A stretch of DNA of 64,000 nt, taken from assembly GCA_963708075.1 (NCBI GenBank), contig OY970194.1:6944001-7008000 (forward strand), given 5' to 3'. This stretch comes from Sedimentisphaerales bacterium (GTDB taxonomy: Bacteria; Planctomycetota; Phycisphaerae; Sedimentisphaerales; Anaerobacaceae). Shown in pieces: positions 1 to 12,769 of the stretch (position 1 is the first letter of the stretch; each line of letters begins with the position of its first letter). The translations under genes and the position numbers were made by a program. The notes below the pieces were generated by a model. That model had not been told where the DNA came from and made no database searches. It saw nothing but the letters and a program-made list of their open reading frames with translations.

Positions 1-138
1 CCTGGGCGACTCACTGCAGAAAACGACCGGCACCGGCCGGCGCCCGCCGGGGAGAGTGTGAGCGGACGCGCTCGCCTCTTGGGTGGCAGCGGCAAGCGCC
101 AGCTTGCCGATGGCTCGACCGTAGCAAAGGGGACAGAC

Positions 139-1572
139 ATGAAGGCTCAAATGACACGACGGGAATTTGTCAGGTGGATTGGAGTGGGAGCAACGGGGCT
201 GGCGCTCGCGGGATGTACGCGCGAGCTTGGAGTCTCCCAGGCGCGCAGGACTGACAAGAGGCCGAACTTCGTGATCATCTTCGCCGACGATCTGGGCTAT
301 GGCGACCTGGCCTGCTACGGCCATCCGACGATTCGCACGCCGAACCTGGACCGCATGGCCGCCGAGGGGCAGCGGTGGACGGATTTCTACGTTGGGGCAT
401 CCGTCTGCACGCCGAGCCGGGCCGCACTGCTGACCGGCCGGCTGCCGATCCGCAGCGGCATGTGCAGCGACGCCCGCCGCGTCCTGTTCCCGGACTCTTC
501 AGGAGGGTTGCCACAGAACGAGATCACGCTCGCCGAGGCGCTCAAGCCGCAAGGTTATACGAGCGCCTGCATCGGCAAGTGGCACCTCGGCCATCTGCCG
601 CAGTACCTGCCCACCAACAACGGCTTCGATTACTACTTCGGCGTCCCCTACAGCAACGACATGGATCGTGTCGGCGGCCAGGGTCGGGAAGCCTTCAAGA
701 ATCCAAAGGTTGAGTACTGGAACGTGCCCCTGATGCAGAATACCGAGATCGTCGAGCGGCCGGCCGACCAGAATACCCTCACGAAGCGGTACACCGAGGA
801 GGCGGTGCAATTCATCGAGCGCAGCAAGGACCGGCCCTTCTTCCTTTACCTCGCACATACCATGGTGCACGTCCCGCTGTTTCGTTCGAAGGATTTCCGG
901 GGCAAGAGCCCGCGCGGACTATATGGAGATGCCCTTGAGGAGATTGACTGGAGCGTCAGCCAAGTCCTCGATGCCCTGAAGCGTGAAAAGCTCGCGGAGA
1001 ATACCTTTGTAGTCTTCACGTCGGACAACGGCCCGTGGCTGATGTTCAACTTGCTCGGCGGTTCGGCGGGCCTGCTGCGCGAGGGCAAGGGCTGCACCTA
1101 CGAAGGCGGTATGCGCGAGCCCTGCATTACGTGGTGGCCCGGCACGATCCAGCCTGCTGTGATCCGCGAAATGGGCTGCACGATGGACCTGTTCACGACG
1201 ATGATCAAGTTGGCCGGAGGCGAAGTGCCGTCGGACCGCGTCATCGACGGCCTGGACCTCTCGCCCGTCCTGTTCGCGAGGGGCCCAAGCCCGCGCAACA
1301 CCGTATTCTACTATCGTGGCGTCCGGCTTCACGCCGTTCGCAAGGGCTCATTCAAAGCTCACTTCATCACGCAATCCGGCTACGGGACCGACAAGCCTGA
1401 AACGCACGACCCGCCGCTGCTCTACAACCTCGACCATGACCCCTCGGAGCAGTTCGACGTCGCCAAGTACCATCCCAAGATCATCGCGGACATCCAAAAG
1501 GAGGTCGCCGAGCACCAGCGAACCCTCGTCCCCGGCGAAGATCAACTCGCCGGACGAGTCGAAAAAAGCTGA
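139..1572 (+). CDS. Arylsulfatase A-family sulfatase, Tat-exported (lipo)protein
   Basis: TRREFV twin-Arg leader, ADDLGYGD, CTPSRAALLTGR (CxPxR formylglycine motif), GKWHLG, FTSDNG; start at ATG 139 preferred. Confidence 0.93.
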   Translation: MKAQMTRREFVRWIGVGATGLALAGCTRELGVSQARRTDKRPNFVIIFADDLGYGDLACYGHPTIRTPNLDRMAAEGQRWTDFYVGASVCTPSRAALLTGRLPIRSGMCSDARRVLFPDSSGGLPQNEITLAEALKPQGYTSACIGKWHLGHLPQYLPTNNGFDYYFGVPYSNDMDRVGGQGREAFKNPKVEYWNVPLMQNTEIVERPADQNTLTKRYTEEAVQFIERSKDRPFFLYLAHTMVHVPLFRSKDFRGKSPRGLYGDALEEIDWSVSQVLDALKREKLAENTFVVFTSDNGPWLMFNLLGGSAGLLREGKGCTYEGGMREPCITWWPGTIQPAVIREMGCTMDLFTTMIKLAGGEVPSDRVIDGLDLSPVLFARGPSPRNTVFYYRGVRLHAVRKGSFKAHFITQSGYGTDKPETHDPPLLYNLDHDPSEQFDVAKYHPKIIADIQKEVAEHQRTLVPGEDQLAGRVEKS

Positions 1573-1661
1573 TTGGCAAGCATCATCCGCCGGCAATAAG
1601 GGGTATGCGGACAGTTCATGTGCGGCTTGCAAAACAGTTTTCTTGCGGCTATGATGAGCAA

Positions 1662-2144
1662 ATGGCGAACAAACCCGCGAAAAAAGAAGAAAACCCTGTA
1701 GCCGTCAATAAGAAGGCATACCACGATTTCGAGCTCGTGGAGAAGTTCGAGGCCGGGATCGAGCTTCGCGGCAGTGAAGTGAAGTCGCTCCGGGCCGCGG
1801 CGGCAGACCTGACCGGCTCGTACGCCAGGATGCAGGATGACGAATGCTGGTTGGTCGGGACGAAGATCGCGGCGTACCAGCAGGCGGGGAATATGGGGCA
1901 TGACCCGGCTCGAAAGAGAAAGCTGCTCCTGCACAAGGCCGAGCTGCACCGGATCTGGAGCAAGCTCGAGCAGCGGGGCTTTACGCTGGTTCCGCTGCGG
2001 ATCTATTTCACGAAGAAGGGTATCGCCAAGGTCGAGTTGGCCCTGGCGCAGGGCAAGAGGCAATTTGACAAGCGCCGGACGATCACCGAGCGCGAGCAGA
2101 AGCGTGATATCGACCGAAGCATGAAGAAGTACAGGGGAAGGTAG
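1662..2144 (+). CDS. smpB: SsrA-binding protein SmpB
   Basis: NKKAYHDF, EAGIELRGSEVKSLR, RKLLLHK, GKRQFDKR motifs. Confidence 0.97.
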   Translation: MANKPAKKEENPVAVNKKAYHDFELVEKFEAGIELRGSEVKSLRAAAADLTGSYARMQDDECWLVGTKIAAYQQAGNMGHDPARKRKLLLHKAELHRIWSKLEQRGFTLVPLRIYFTKKGIAKVELALAQGKRQFDKRRTITEREQKRDIDRSMKKYRGR

Positions 2145-2153
2145 AGGACGGAT

Positions 2154-2558
2154 ATGGCCGACGAAGAAAAGAAGATCATCATCGATGAGGATTGGAAACG
2201 CGAGGCGCAGCGGGAGAAAGACAAGCTAGCCGCACAGGAGGCGGTGGAGAAGAAGAAGGAGGAGGCGGAAGGACCCAAGAGGGGCCCTCGTGGCCTGCCT
2301 CGCGGAGACTTGGCCGGCCTGGTCAGTATGCTGACGACGCAGGCCCTCTTCGCCTTGGGCTTGATCCAGATCAAGGGTGAGGAGGACCGCGAGCCGGATC
2401 TCGAGCTGGCCCGGTACAATATCGATATGCTCGAGGCCATCGGGCAGAAGACCAAGGGCAACCTGACGCCGGAGGAAGAAGAGTTGCTCAAGAACACGCT
2501 TAGCGATCTGCGCATGGGATACGTGAACATTGCCAATCAGCTTGCCTCGCAGCAATGA
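2154..2558 (+). CDS. DUF1844-like protein
   Basis: IIDEDWK N-terminus; LARYNIDMLEAIGQKTKGNLTPEE pattern. Confidence 0.8.
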   Translation: MADEEKKIIIDEDWKREAQREKDKLAAQEAVEKKKEEAEGPKRGPRGLPRGDLAGLVSMLTTQALFALGLIQIKGEEDREPDLELARYNIDMLEAIGQKTKGNLTPEEEELLKNTLSDLRMGYVNIANQLASQQ

Positions 2559-2627
2559 TCGTGTAAGCAGATGGCAACATTGGGAAATGGGGGGCGGGCA
2601 ATGCCTGCCTGTGGATAGGATAGAATC

Positions 2628-3431
2628 TTGGCAAATATTCTGGATAGTATCATTACCGATAAGCGGGAAGAAGTAAAACAGCGGCAATCGCAGATCAGCT
2701 TGGAGCAGCTCAGGGAGCAGGCAGCCGGCAAGCCGAAATGCCGCAACTTCTACAAGGCGGTCACGAAACGCAATCCTCGCGGGATCAACGTCATTGCCGA
2801 GGTCAAGAAGGCCTCGCCTTCCGTGGGGCTGATCCGCGAGGATTTCGACCCGGTGGAAATCGCGAAGACGTACGAACGCAGCGGGGCCGACGCGATCAGC
2901 GTCCTGACCGACGAGAAGTATTTCCAGGGCAAGCTGGAATACCTGGAGCAGGTGAAGGAGGCGGTGTCGCTGCCGGTGCTGCGCAAGGATTTCATCATCG
3001 ACATGTGGCAGGTGTATGAGTCCCGCGCGGCCGGGGCGGATGCGATCCTGCTGATTGCCGAGGCGCTGCGGCCGGGCGATATGATCGACCTGATGATCGC
3101 CGCCGGCGAGCTTGGCTTGACCGTGCTGGTGGAGGTGCACGAGGCCGACACGCTCCTGGCCGTCCGCAGCCTGATCGGGTTCCCGAAGAAGGGCTACAGC
3201 ATCCTGGGCATCAACAATCGCGACCTGACCACGATGAAGGTGGACCTGGGCACGACGATCCGTCTGGCCGGCCTGCTCGACGACGACGGCGAGCTGGTCT
3301 CCGAGAGCGGCATCAGGACGCGAGACGATGTGCGAAGACTGAAAGCGGCCGGCGTCCGGGCCGTCCTCATCGGCCAGACCCTCTGCGAACAGCCCGATAT
3401 AGAGGCGAAATTCAACGAGCTGTTCGGCTGA
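2628..3431 (+). CDS. trpC: Indole-3-glycerol phosphate synthase
   Basis: IAEVKKASPS, ISVLTDEKYFQG, LRKDFI, GINNRDL, SESGI; TTG start. Confidence 0.96.
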   Translation: MANILDSIITDKREEVKQRQSQISLEQLREQAAGKPKCRNFYKAVTKRNPRGINVIAEVKKASPSVGLIREDFDPVEIAKTYERSGADAISVLTDEKYFQGKLEYLEQVKEAVSLPVLRKDFIIDMWQVYESRAAGADAILLIAEALRPGDMIDLMIAAGELGLTVLVEVHEADTLLAVRSLIGFPKKGYSILGINNRDLTTMKVDLGTTIRLAGLLDDDGELVSESGIRTRDDVRRLKAAGVRAVLIGQTLCEQPDIEAKFNELFG

Positions 3432-3444
3432 TGTCGTCGCTCCA

Positions 3445-4281
3445 CTATGGAGCGGACGGCATGGCCGTGACCGCCAAAATCAGAATGCGGACCCCAACGA
3501 GCCCAAGAGCTGCGGCCAGGCTGCGCATGATCCATCGTCCGTGAATGTGCCTGGACATCCGGGCTCCCGCCTGTGCTCCGGCAACGGCTCCCGCTGCGAT
3601 CGCCAACAGACGAGGCGCCTCCTCCCATCCCAGGGAGCCATCGATCACGTGCACCGCGGTGCCCGTCAACGCCACCACGGCGAGGATGAAGTGGCTCGTG
3701 GCAGTCGCAATGTGCACGGGGAAATCCAGCAAGTTCACCATGATCGGAACATGGATGATGCCGCCGCCGATGCCCAGCATGCTGGACGCCAGACCCACGG
3801 CGAAGCTCAGTGTCATGCCCAGGGCAAGATCGTATGTGTAGATGTGCTGTGTGCCATCGGCGTCGACGAGGGTCCGCGTGAACGTAGCTCTCGGCCAGTG
3901 CCTGCGCTTGCCGTCACCGAATGTGTGGAGGAAGATGAAGAGCCCGGCAGCGAGCAGAAGCAGACCGAATACGAAGTTGAACGCCTGGCGTGGAATGTAG
4001 TTGACGATCACGGCGCCGGCAACCGCGCCGGGCACGCCCATCAGCAGGAACAGCCAGCCCGACTTGAAGTCCACTCGCTTCATCCTTGCGTACGAATAGG
4101 ACCCGCTGGCCGCATTGAAGAAGACGACGGCCAGAGAGATCGCCGTCAGCGTGGCAGGCTCTTTGGTGGGGTAGGCCAACAGGAGGATCGGCATGAGGAC
4201 AAAGCCGCCGCCGGCTCCGATGAGTGTGCCGAACGCGCCGACCACCAAGCCCAGCAGAAGAAGTAACACGTATTCCATCAC
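3445..4281 (-). CDS. Sulfite exporter TauE/SafE family membrane protein
   Basis: Duplicated GAGGG/GIGGG motifs, multiple hydrophobic segments, ATATSH. Confidence 0.88.
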   Translation of the reverse strand: MMEYVLLLLLGLVVGAFGTLIGAGGGFVLMPILLLAYPTKEPATLTAISLAVVFFNAASGSYSYARMKRVDFKSGWLFLLMGVPGAVAGAVIVNYIPRQAFNFVFGLLLLAAGLFIFLHTFGDGKRRHWPRATFTRTLVDADGTQHIYTYDLALGMTLSFAVGLASSMLGIGGGIIHVPIMVNLLDFPVHIATATSHFILAVVALTGTAVHVIDGSLGWEEAPRLLAIAAGAVAGAQAGARMSRHIHGRWIMRSLAAALGLVGVRILILAVTAMPSAP

Positions 4282-4417
4282 ACATCACAATCTATGGGAC
4301 AAACCCCGCGTGCAGCAAGGGCAAAGTCCTGCAGGATTTGAACGCGAATGGCCCCTATTCTGAACGATGCGGCCAATTCGTCGGCAATGATGCCTTTGCC
4401 TTCATCGAGACAGAGTC

Positions 4418-6076
4418 TCACAGGCCTTCATAGAACCGCAGGGCTTCCTCGGCCGCCCGCTGGGCTTCGCGGCGGTCGTCCTCGTTGGCGAAAGACGGCT
4501 CGGTCCCGAGCCAGTGCAACACGCCCTTGACGTACTTGCGAAGGTACGCAACGGAGGCCTCCTCCCGGACCTTGCGCCCGTCCTGCAGGAAATAGATCGG
4601 GTCGGTGTGGGCGAAGACGGAGACGTCTCGCGGAAGGATTCGATTCTTGAGGTCCGGATGATCCACTACGCGGGCGGCGAGCCAGCCGCTCTTTGTCAAC
4701 TCGACCGTGGTCTCGACCTCCATCGAATAGAGACCGTCCTTCGCGGGATTGTTCGGGATCGCAAGGGTCTTGTGACCGACCGCGTCGCCGTTGAAGACGA
4801 TCTCCAGGGTTGTGAAGGGCAGGATGGAACGGGCCGTCACACGAGCCTTGATGCGCGTGGCGCCCTGGAACTCGACCACATCTCCGGCCGCGGCGCCGTT
4901 GGCTTCGAACTCCAGGATCGGGCCATTCGTGACGAAGGCTCTGCCTGCCTTGACGGCTGCCAGCCAGGCGTCATAGGTCGCCGGCCCCTGGACCTTCGTA
5001 TATACGCGATTGCTGCCAAGGGGGATCTCTTCACCGAGCTTGTCCGTCCCGGCAGCGATAGGCAGACGGAACCCGGCGTTGAGGAACTGGTAATAAAGGT
5101 CTACGCCGCGCAGGGTGGGGAACTCGGCTTGGGACATGCCGGAGTTCAGCCAGGGACCCCAGTGGTTCGGAAGCTGCGTCGGATCGTTCCATGTGATCAG
5201 TTCGACCCCATCCACGAGGCCCAGGGCGACACCAATAGGAAGTTCCTCGCCGGGCAACGAGGACATGTGCGGCCAGAAGACCGTGCCGTTCTGTTCCCGC
5301 ACGGCCCGCATGGCCCGGATCAGGTCCCACTGCGGCCGGCTCTTCCAGTATTCGAGCGTGCCGCCGGCGCAGGGATAGCCGGGGACCAGCCGGCTCGGGC
5401 CGAGCATATTCAAGTGCCCCATCTGCCAGTCCTGGATCTCCTGGCCCACGTAGATCTCGCAGCCCGGAGTCGAATGGGTGTCGATCCGACCTGTGAAGTA
5501 CTTGTTGATCGCCGGCGGATTGTCCGGATCAGGCAGGTACAGAAGCACCAATGCATTCAGGTCCTCTGCACGCATCTGGGGATACGCTTCTTTCGGAATG
5601 GGCAAATGCGCGTGGATGTCGCCATTGACATAGCCCTTGCTGCGCATATCGATCCATCGTCGCAGACGATAGGTCTTCTGGATTGCCTTACCGGACGCGT
5701 CGCCGGAAATCGCCGCGGACAATGGCAACGTCTCCAGTCCCCGGCGAATCTCGACGGTTACTCCCGATTCTGCAATGGCCAGCGTAAAGGAACCATCCAC
5801 GTAGCACCAGCGTTTGCCCAGGTACTGCACGTGGTCGTGCTTGCCTTCGATCTCTACGAACCTGCCGTCGGGATTCGTGACCGCGACCTTTGCCGCCAGC
5901 GGCGTACCCGTCGCATCGTCAACGATACGTGCCTCCAACCGTCCGCCGGCGCCGGCAGCCGGGGCACGACACCCCAGCATCGTTCCCACCCCAACCAGTA
6001 CCAGCGACACCCAGATGATGCATGATTGCCGGGCGATAGCAGCGCCGGCTCTCCTCTGTTCTCCCCATAGGATCAT
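4418..6076 (-). CDS. CehA/McbA-like PHP metallohydrolase, probably exported
   Basis: GDIHAH, GHLN, AGTD, FVTNGP, AHTDPIY motifs; N-terminal hydrophobic stretch ending MLGC; start uncertain. Confidence 0.75.
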   Translation of the reverse strand: MILWGEQRRAGAAIARQSCIIWVSLVLVGVGTMLGCRAPAAGAGGRLEARIVDDATGTPLAAKVAVTNPDGRFVEIEGKHDHVQYLGKRWCYVDGSFTLAIAESGVTVEIRRGLETLPLSAAISGDASGKAIQKTYRLRRWIDMRSKGYVNGDIHAHLPIPKEAYPQMRAEDLNALVLLYLPDPDNPPAINKYFTGRIDTHSTPGCEIYVGQEIQDWQMGHLNMLGPSRLVPGYPCAGGTLEYWKSRPQWDLIRAMRAVREQNGTVFWPHMSSLPGEELPIGVALGLVDGVELITWNDPTQLPNHWGPWLNSGMSQAEFPTLRGVDLYYQFLNAGFRLPIAAGTDKLGEEIPLGSNRVYTKVQGPATYDAWLAAVKAGRAFVTNGPILEFEANGAAAGDVVEFQGATRIKARVTARSILPFTTLEIVFNGDAVGHKTLAIPNNPAKDGLYSMEVETTVELTKSGWLAARVVDHPDLKNRILPRDVSVFAHTDPIYFLQDGRKVREEASVAYLRKYVKGVLHWLGTEPSFANEDDRREAQRAAEEALRFYEGL

Positions 6077-6093
6077 CTGAATCCTCTCTTTAC

Positions 6094-6164
6094 GTCACCC
6101 CCGCGCAGGCGGGGGTCCAGAATCATTGGGCGGGTAAATGGATTCCCGCCTTCGCGGGAATGAC
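6094..6164. repeat. REP-like double palindrome, family A (GTCAYYCCCGCGCAGGCGGG..)
   Basis: gtcacccccgcgcaggcgggggtcca ... tggattcccgccttcgcgggaatgac; inverted second copy at 33164-33238. Confidence 0.85.
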
Positions 6165-6241
6165 ATAAGGCTCCCCTTGTGCATTCATTCTGCTACAGGC
6201 TCCACGTGGTTGCTTCTGCGACAAGCCATCAGCTCCTGTCG

Positions 6242-8020
<1,779 letters not shown>

Positions 8021-8363
8021 GTCCAATTCGCTCTAGACTTCCATGGTTCTGCTTATATAGCGTGGCAGGTGCACAACCGGTCCACTCGCTGGGGATTCAT
8101 GATCAAACCGAACACCATCCTACACGCACGAGCCACGTATTGTCTACGAAATACTGATCGGATGCGTTCCGGCGGGGCTCAATTCCACAACTCGTCTTCC
8201 AGGGTATCCAGGCCCATGATGGCATCATGCATGTACACGCGTCTTCCGCTGGGGGTGTTGGTGGCGGCACTCCCGGGCCACAGGCCGGGTGACACGGGCA
8301 AAGTCATTTGCGCACCAGGCTTTGGGGGGGACCGGCTCGATCTGGCGCGGTCACCCCAACCGG

Positions 8364-9584
8364 TCATCTGTCGTTTGATGGTGGGCTTGGCGGCTGATTC
8401 TGTTCGCTCGTTGCGAGGAGGTTATGGGTGGTGGTCAGGTTCTTTGTGGAGCGGACGTAGAGGTTCTTCCAGGTGATCGTCACGGCATCCGGGATTCGCC
8501 TCACGGCGACCAGGACCTTCTGGTAGGGGCCAAGCGTGACCGGGACCAGAGGCATGCCGGCGATCTGGGCGGTCAATTCCACCGGCCCGTGATTCTGCAG
8601 GCGCAGAAAAGCCCTGCCGTCGTCCATCTCTGTGAGATGGACATCGACCAGGCTCCCCATCAGCAGCTTGAGCACCCACTCGTGGGCGCAGAGCATGTTG
8701 TTGAAGTACGCCAGGGTCCGGCCTGCATGGAAGGCTTCCATCACCGCCTCAAGCGAGCGGTCGCCGGCGAGGATCAGCGTGGTGGCCTGCGGGACGTCGC
8801 CACGGGCGCCGTGCACGTCGGAATTGGCGAAGATAGTCAGGTTGTGCTCGACGCCCCAGTCGAATCCAAAAGGATACCACCAGGTGCCGAGACTCTCGGC
8901 GGTATTCCAGCCGGAGCCGACCACGTCATTCTTCACCTCGATGCCTGAGATCAGCCCGTGCTTGATGCCCCAGAGCGCCGGCTCTCTCAGACCCACGTGC
9001 GGGTGCGCGTAGAGCACGAAGGCGCCGGCGGCCGCCGTGCGCTGCAATTCATCCTGGTAGAACACGCGTCCCTGTCCCGGGGTCTCGGCCCACTGGTGTG
9101 AGTTGCGAGGTTCGTAGCCGGCGGAGAAATCGAGGGCCACCAGGTGTTCCTGGCCGCTGAGACCTGTCTCCACGCCCCGGAACAGAAGGACGCCGAGGGC
9201 CTTTGCCGTCGGCAGGCCTTCCTCGTAGGCGCGGATGCTCCCGTGGTCGGTAATGGCGATCACGTCGTAGCCGTACTGCCAGGCCTCCATGACCCGGTCG
9301 GCCGGCGACAGCGCGCCATCCGAGTGGATCGTATGCATGTGAAAGTCGCCGCGCAGCACTTCATAGCGCGCCGGCGCACCGCCCGGCACGACAGCAGAGT
9401 CGTAAATTGCGGGGAAAGGGGCTTCCTGGCGGACCACTCGACCGCTCTCCCGGGCGGCCAATGCCGGAAGGGTCATGAGGCCCAAGAACAAGACCAAGGC
9501 GGCAGACCTCGCGCGCGACATGGACAACCTGCCATTGGGCCGGCGACCTTCACCGGCGCTCACGCCAGCGACTTTCACGGGCAT
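8364..9584 (-). CDS. PHP-domain phosphoesterase, secreted
   Basis: GDFHMHTIHSDG, IAITDH, AHP, NSDVH; signal-like hydrophobic segment; start uncertain. Confidence 0.8.
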   Translation of the reverse strand: MPVKVAGVSAGEGRRPNGRLSMSRARSAALVLFLGLMTLPALAARESGRVVRQEAPFPAIYDSAVVPGGAPARYEVLRGDFHMHTIHSDGALSPADRVMEAWQYGYDVIAITDHGSIRAYEEGLPTAKALGVLLFRGVETGLSGQEHLVALDFSAGYEPRNSHQWAETPGQGRVFYQDELQRTAAAGAFVLYAHPHVGLREPALWGIKHGLISGIEVKNDVVGSGWNTAESLGTWWYPFGFDWGVEHNLTIFANSDVHGARGDVPQATTLILAGDRSLEAVMEAFHAGRTLAYFNNMLCAHEWVLKLLMGSLVDVHLTEMDDGRAFLRLQNHGPVELTAQIAGMPLVPVTLGPYQKVLVAVRRIPDAVTITWKNLYVRSTKNLTTTHNLLATSEQNQPPSPPSNDR

Positions 9585-9685
9585 GACAAGCCTCCTTCGG
9601 AGAAAGTGGCAGCGTCAGGGTCTTCGACCTTGGCGCTGCCACGCATCAGCTCACTCAAACACACTTGCCCATGGACGCTCTGCCA

Positions 9686-12600
9686 TTAGTGGAGAGCAAT
9701 CCACGCGACCTCGTCATCGGTCAGCGCTTTATCGTAGATGCGCACCTCGTCGATGCTCCCATGGAACCAGTAATTATTCGGTCCGATGTCGTATCCGATG
9801 GTGAGGTCCTTGGTAGACGTGATTGGGAGGGTCGGAGGCTTGGCGGTTGCCCAGGTGAGCCCGCCGTCGACGGAGATCTTGTGTACGTTCTGCGCTCTGT
9901 CCAAAACGGCGGCCACAAAGACCCACTCATCCAGCGGTACCAGAACAAACGGTGTGTCCACTCTCAACGCAGAAGTGCTGGGTCCCAACATGAACTTCCA
10001 TCCGGCCTGGGTCGCGGTGCCCTGGTTCCTGTCGGCTCCGACGTACCATCCTTTACTACCGTTCTCTCTCTTAGTTACCGCGAGGTCCCAGTTGGTCGTG
10101 CCGCTGGTTCCCGGTTGCGGGTCGAGATACGCCCAGCACGTTACCGAGAAGTCGCCGGTCTTTGGGTTCAGCCGGTCCTGTGTCGCGACACGGACATAAT
10201 CGTCCACTCCGTCGAACTGCAGGGCCTGGCCTCGCACGCCGGAGACATACGCGGGCTCGCTATTCATCACGCCATGATAGCCGTTTGCGGAGCTGTCATT
10301 GACGTTGCCGTCAAAGGTGTAATAGGCCACGAGGTTTGCACGATCCGGCTCGGTGCCCGTCGAGGCTTCAGGCGGCTTGGGATACAGCCGGATATCGTCG
10401 ATGTACAGGACGCCCGCCGCCTCGGCGCCCTCCACACCGATCGTCAGCTTGGTGACGCTCCTCATGTTGCCGCTTACCGTCGACAGGTCGATGTTCCACG
10501 GCTGCCAGACCATTGTGCCGATGTCGCCGGCGTCACCGTTGTACGGGACCTTGGTACTATTGATCTTGACATACAACTGCCCCTTGTTGTCGAGCGTGCC
10601 CCGGAAATAGAGCGTGAGGGTGCCCGCGCCGTACAATGTCCAGTTCTGGGGCTCAGTGAAGGATCGGTCGGTCTCCGGAACGGGTCAGCGGGGCGGCATT
10701 GCTGTATGTCATCGGCATGGACTGACGGCCGCCGTGGACGATTGTCTGCTCGGCAAACGGTGCGTCGAAACCGCCAACCTGCGCGCCGGTGCCATTGCCC
10801 TCATGTCCGTCCGGGAAGACCTCGTCCTTCGAGTAGCCCCAGCCGTCGATCCAGGTTTGGAAGATCTTGTTGGGAGAGTAATCGGTATAGCTCTCGAAAT
10901 CATCCACGGCAAGGTATTCGCTGGTCGAGAATTTCCAAACGTCGCCTTGCCAGACCTTGATGGCCTCGGCATCGTTGACCTCGTCCACTCTCCAGTAGTA
11001 CGTCTGGCCCAGGGTGAGCGTGCCGGGGACGAAGCTTGCTTCGGTCGCTGTAACGACAGGGGCCGTTCCGTTGGCTACCGCCTGCTCCTCCATGCTCAGG
11101 TAGACGTTATGCTTGGCGGCGTGCCGACCCGGTCGCCAGCTCAACGTGAGCTCCGGATGCACATCATTGATGTCCGATACCGGATAAGGCTGGCGGGCCC
11201 GCGTCGGGACATACAGGAAGTGAACCTCGCTCAGGCCGTACTGCTTGAACACGCCCTTCCAGTTGCTGACCGCCGTGATCCTGACATACCTGGCGGCTGC
11301 ACCGGCGAAATCGATCGTCGTGTTGGAGGCGTAGCCGGCCTGGCCGGGGGCTTGGGCGAAGATGTGGACATCGCCCAGCCGCGTCCACGCACTGCCGTCG
11401 AGCGAATGCTCAACGATGGCCTCCTTGATGCCCAAACCGATGAGAGACTCGGTCTGGGAATTGTGATTCCACACGAGCATCTGATGAAGCGAATACGTCT
11501 TGTCGAATTCATACTGAATCCAGGCCGATGCCCCGGCGGCGACTTCCCCGCTGAGCCACATCTCGGAGGTGTTCATCGAGTGCAAGTCATTGGGATCCAG
11601 ACCGACGCCGCCGATTGTCTTCTCAGGCCCCTCAGCGGCGCTGGTCGAGCTCGATGCGGCGGCCGTGATATTCCCACCCGCAAGCGCATAGCCGACCGGC
11701 TCGACCGTGAAGCGCCAGACGTCGCCCTTGAAGATCGTGGAATCGGGTGCGGCATTGACCTCATCGACGCGCCAGTAATACGTTTGTCCGAGCGCCAGGC
11801 GGCCAAGATCATATTCCGACGCATTCAGGCCCTTGCTGACCAGTACGCTCAGCGGGTTGGCTCGGCTGGCCGCGCCGACGTCCGCGGAACTCGTCCCGAA
11901 GTACAGGTCATGGGTCGAGGCGTAAAGCCCCGGTGCCCAGCTCAGAACGACATCCCGAGACACATCGGTGGCACGATCTTTGGGATACAGATCGTCGGCC
12001 AGCGCTGGGGTCATGCCTTTCTCCATAATCAGCTTGATCTCGCTGTCCGACAAGGCCCGGTTGAACATCGCCACATCGTCGATTTGCCCATTGAACCAGA
12101 AATTGTTCTGCCCAATGTCCCATCCAATGGCGAGATCCGGAGTGGGTGCGATCAGGCCGGGCGGAGGCGTCTGCGTGGCCCAGTTCAGCCCTCCGTCCAC
12201 AGAGATCTTATGGATATTCTGAGCACGATCCAGCACCGCTGCCACAAAGACCCATTCTCCCAGCGGTACCGGCACATAGGGCGTATCCACTCGGTTCCTG
12301 TCCATGTCTCCGAGCATGAACTTGTATCCGGTTTTGCCGGCGCCGCCTCCCTGGGTCCTCTGCGCACGACGTAGTACCCTATCGTGTTCGTGCCGGAATC
12401 CCTTTTGGCCACCGCCAGGTCCCAGGTTGTGTCTCCCATGGTCCCCGGCGTCGGGTCCACGTTCGACCAGAGAAGGATCGTGAAGCTGCCGGTCCCCGGA
12501 TTCAAGGAATCATGATGGGTAATTCGGACATAGTCATCAGTTCCGTCGAAGTACAGGCATCCGCCGCGTGGGCCGTCGTCCCGCCACACTGGGCCGAGGA

Positions 12601-12769
12601 GGAGCACGCCATCCCTGCCATGCCCGCTGGAATCTGCTGCGACGGTGCCTGAGCCTTCGTCGAACCTCCACCAGCCGACAAGATTGGGATCAAGCACATC
12701 CGCCAGGCTGGTCTGAACGAGCCCGGCTACGAGAACCACAGTGATCAGGTGAACCAGCTTTCTCGACAT
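9686..12769 (-). CDS. Large secreted LamG-like jellyroll / discoidin (F5/8C-like) / YYWRVDEVN-repeat protein, split by two single-base frameshifts (~12368, ~10676)
   Basis: ORFs 12185-12769, 10653-12317 and 9686-10636 join into one continuous protein: signal peptide, LVGWWRFDEGSG LamG, two YYWRVDEVN repeats, VDDFESY, C-terminal LamG. Confidence 0.8.

Noticed and set aside
1573..2160. tmRNA (ssrA) beside smpB
   Set aside because: Flanking spacers are too short and show no tRNA-like ends.
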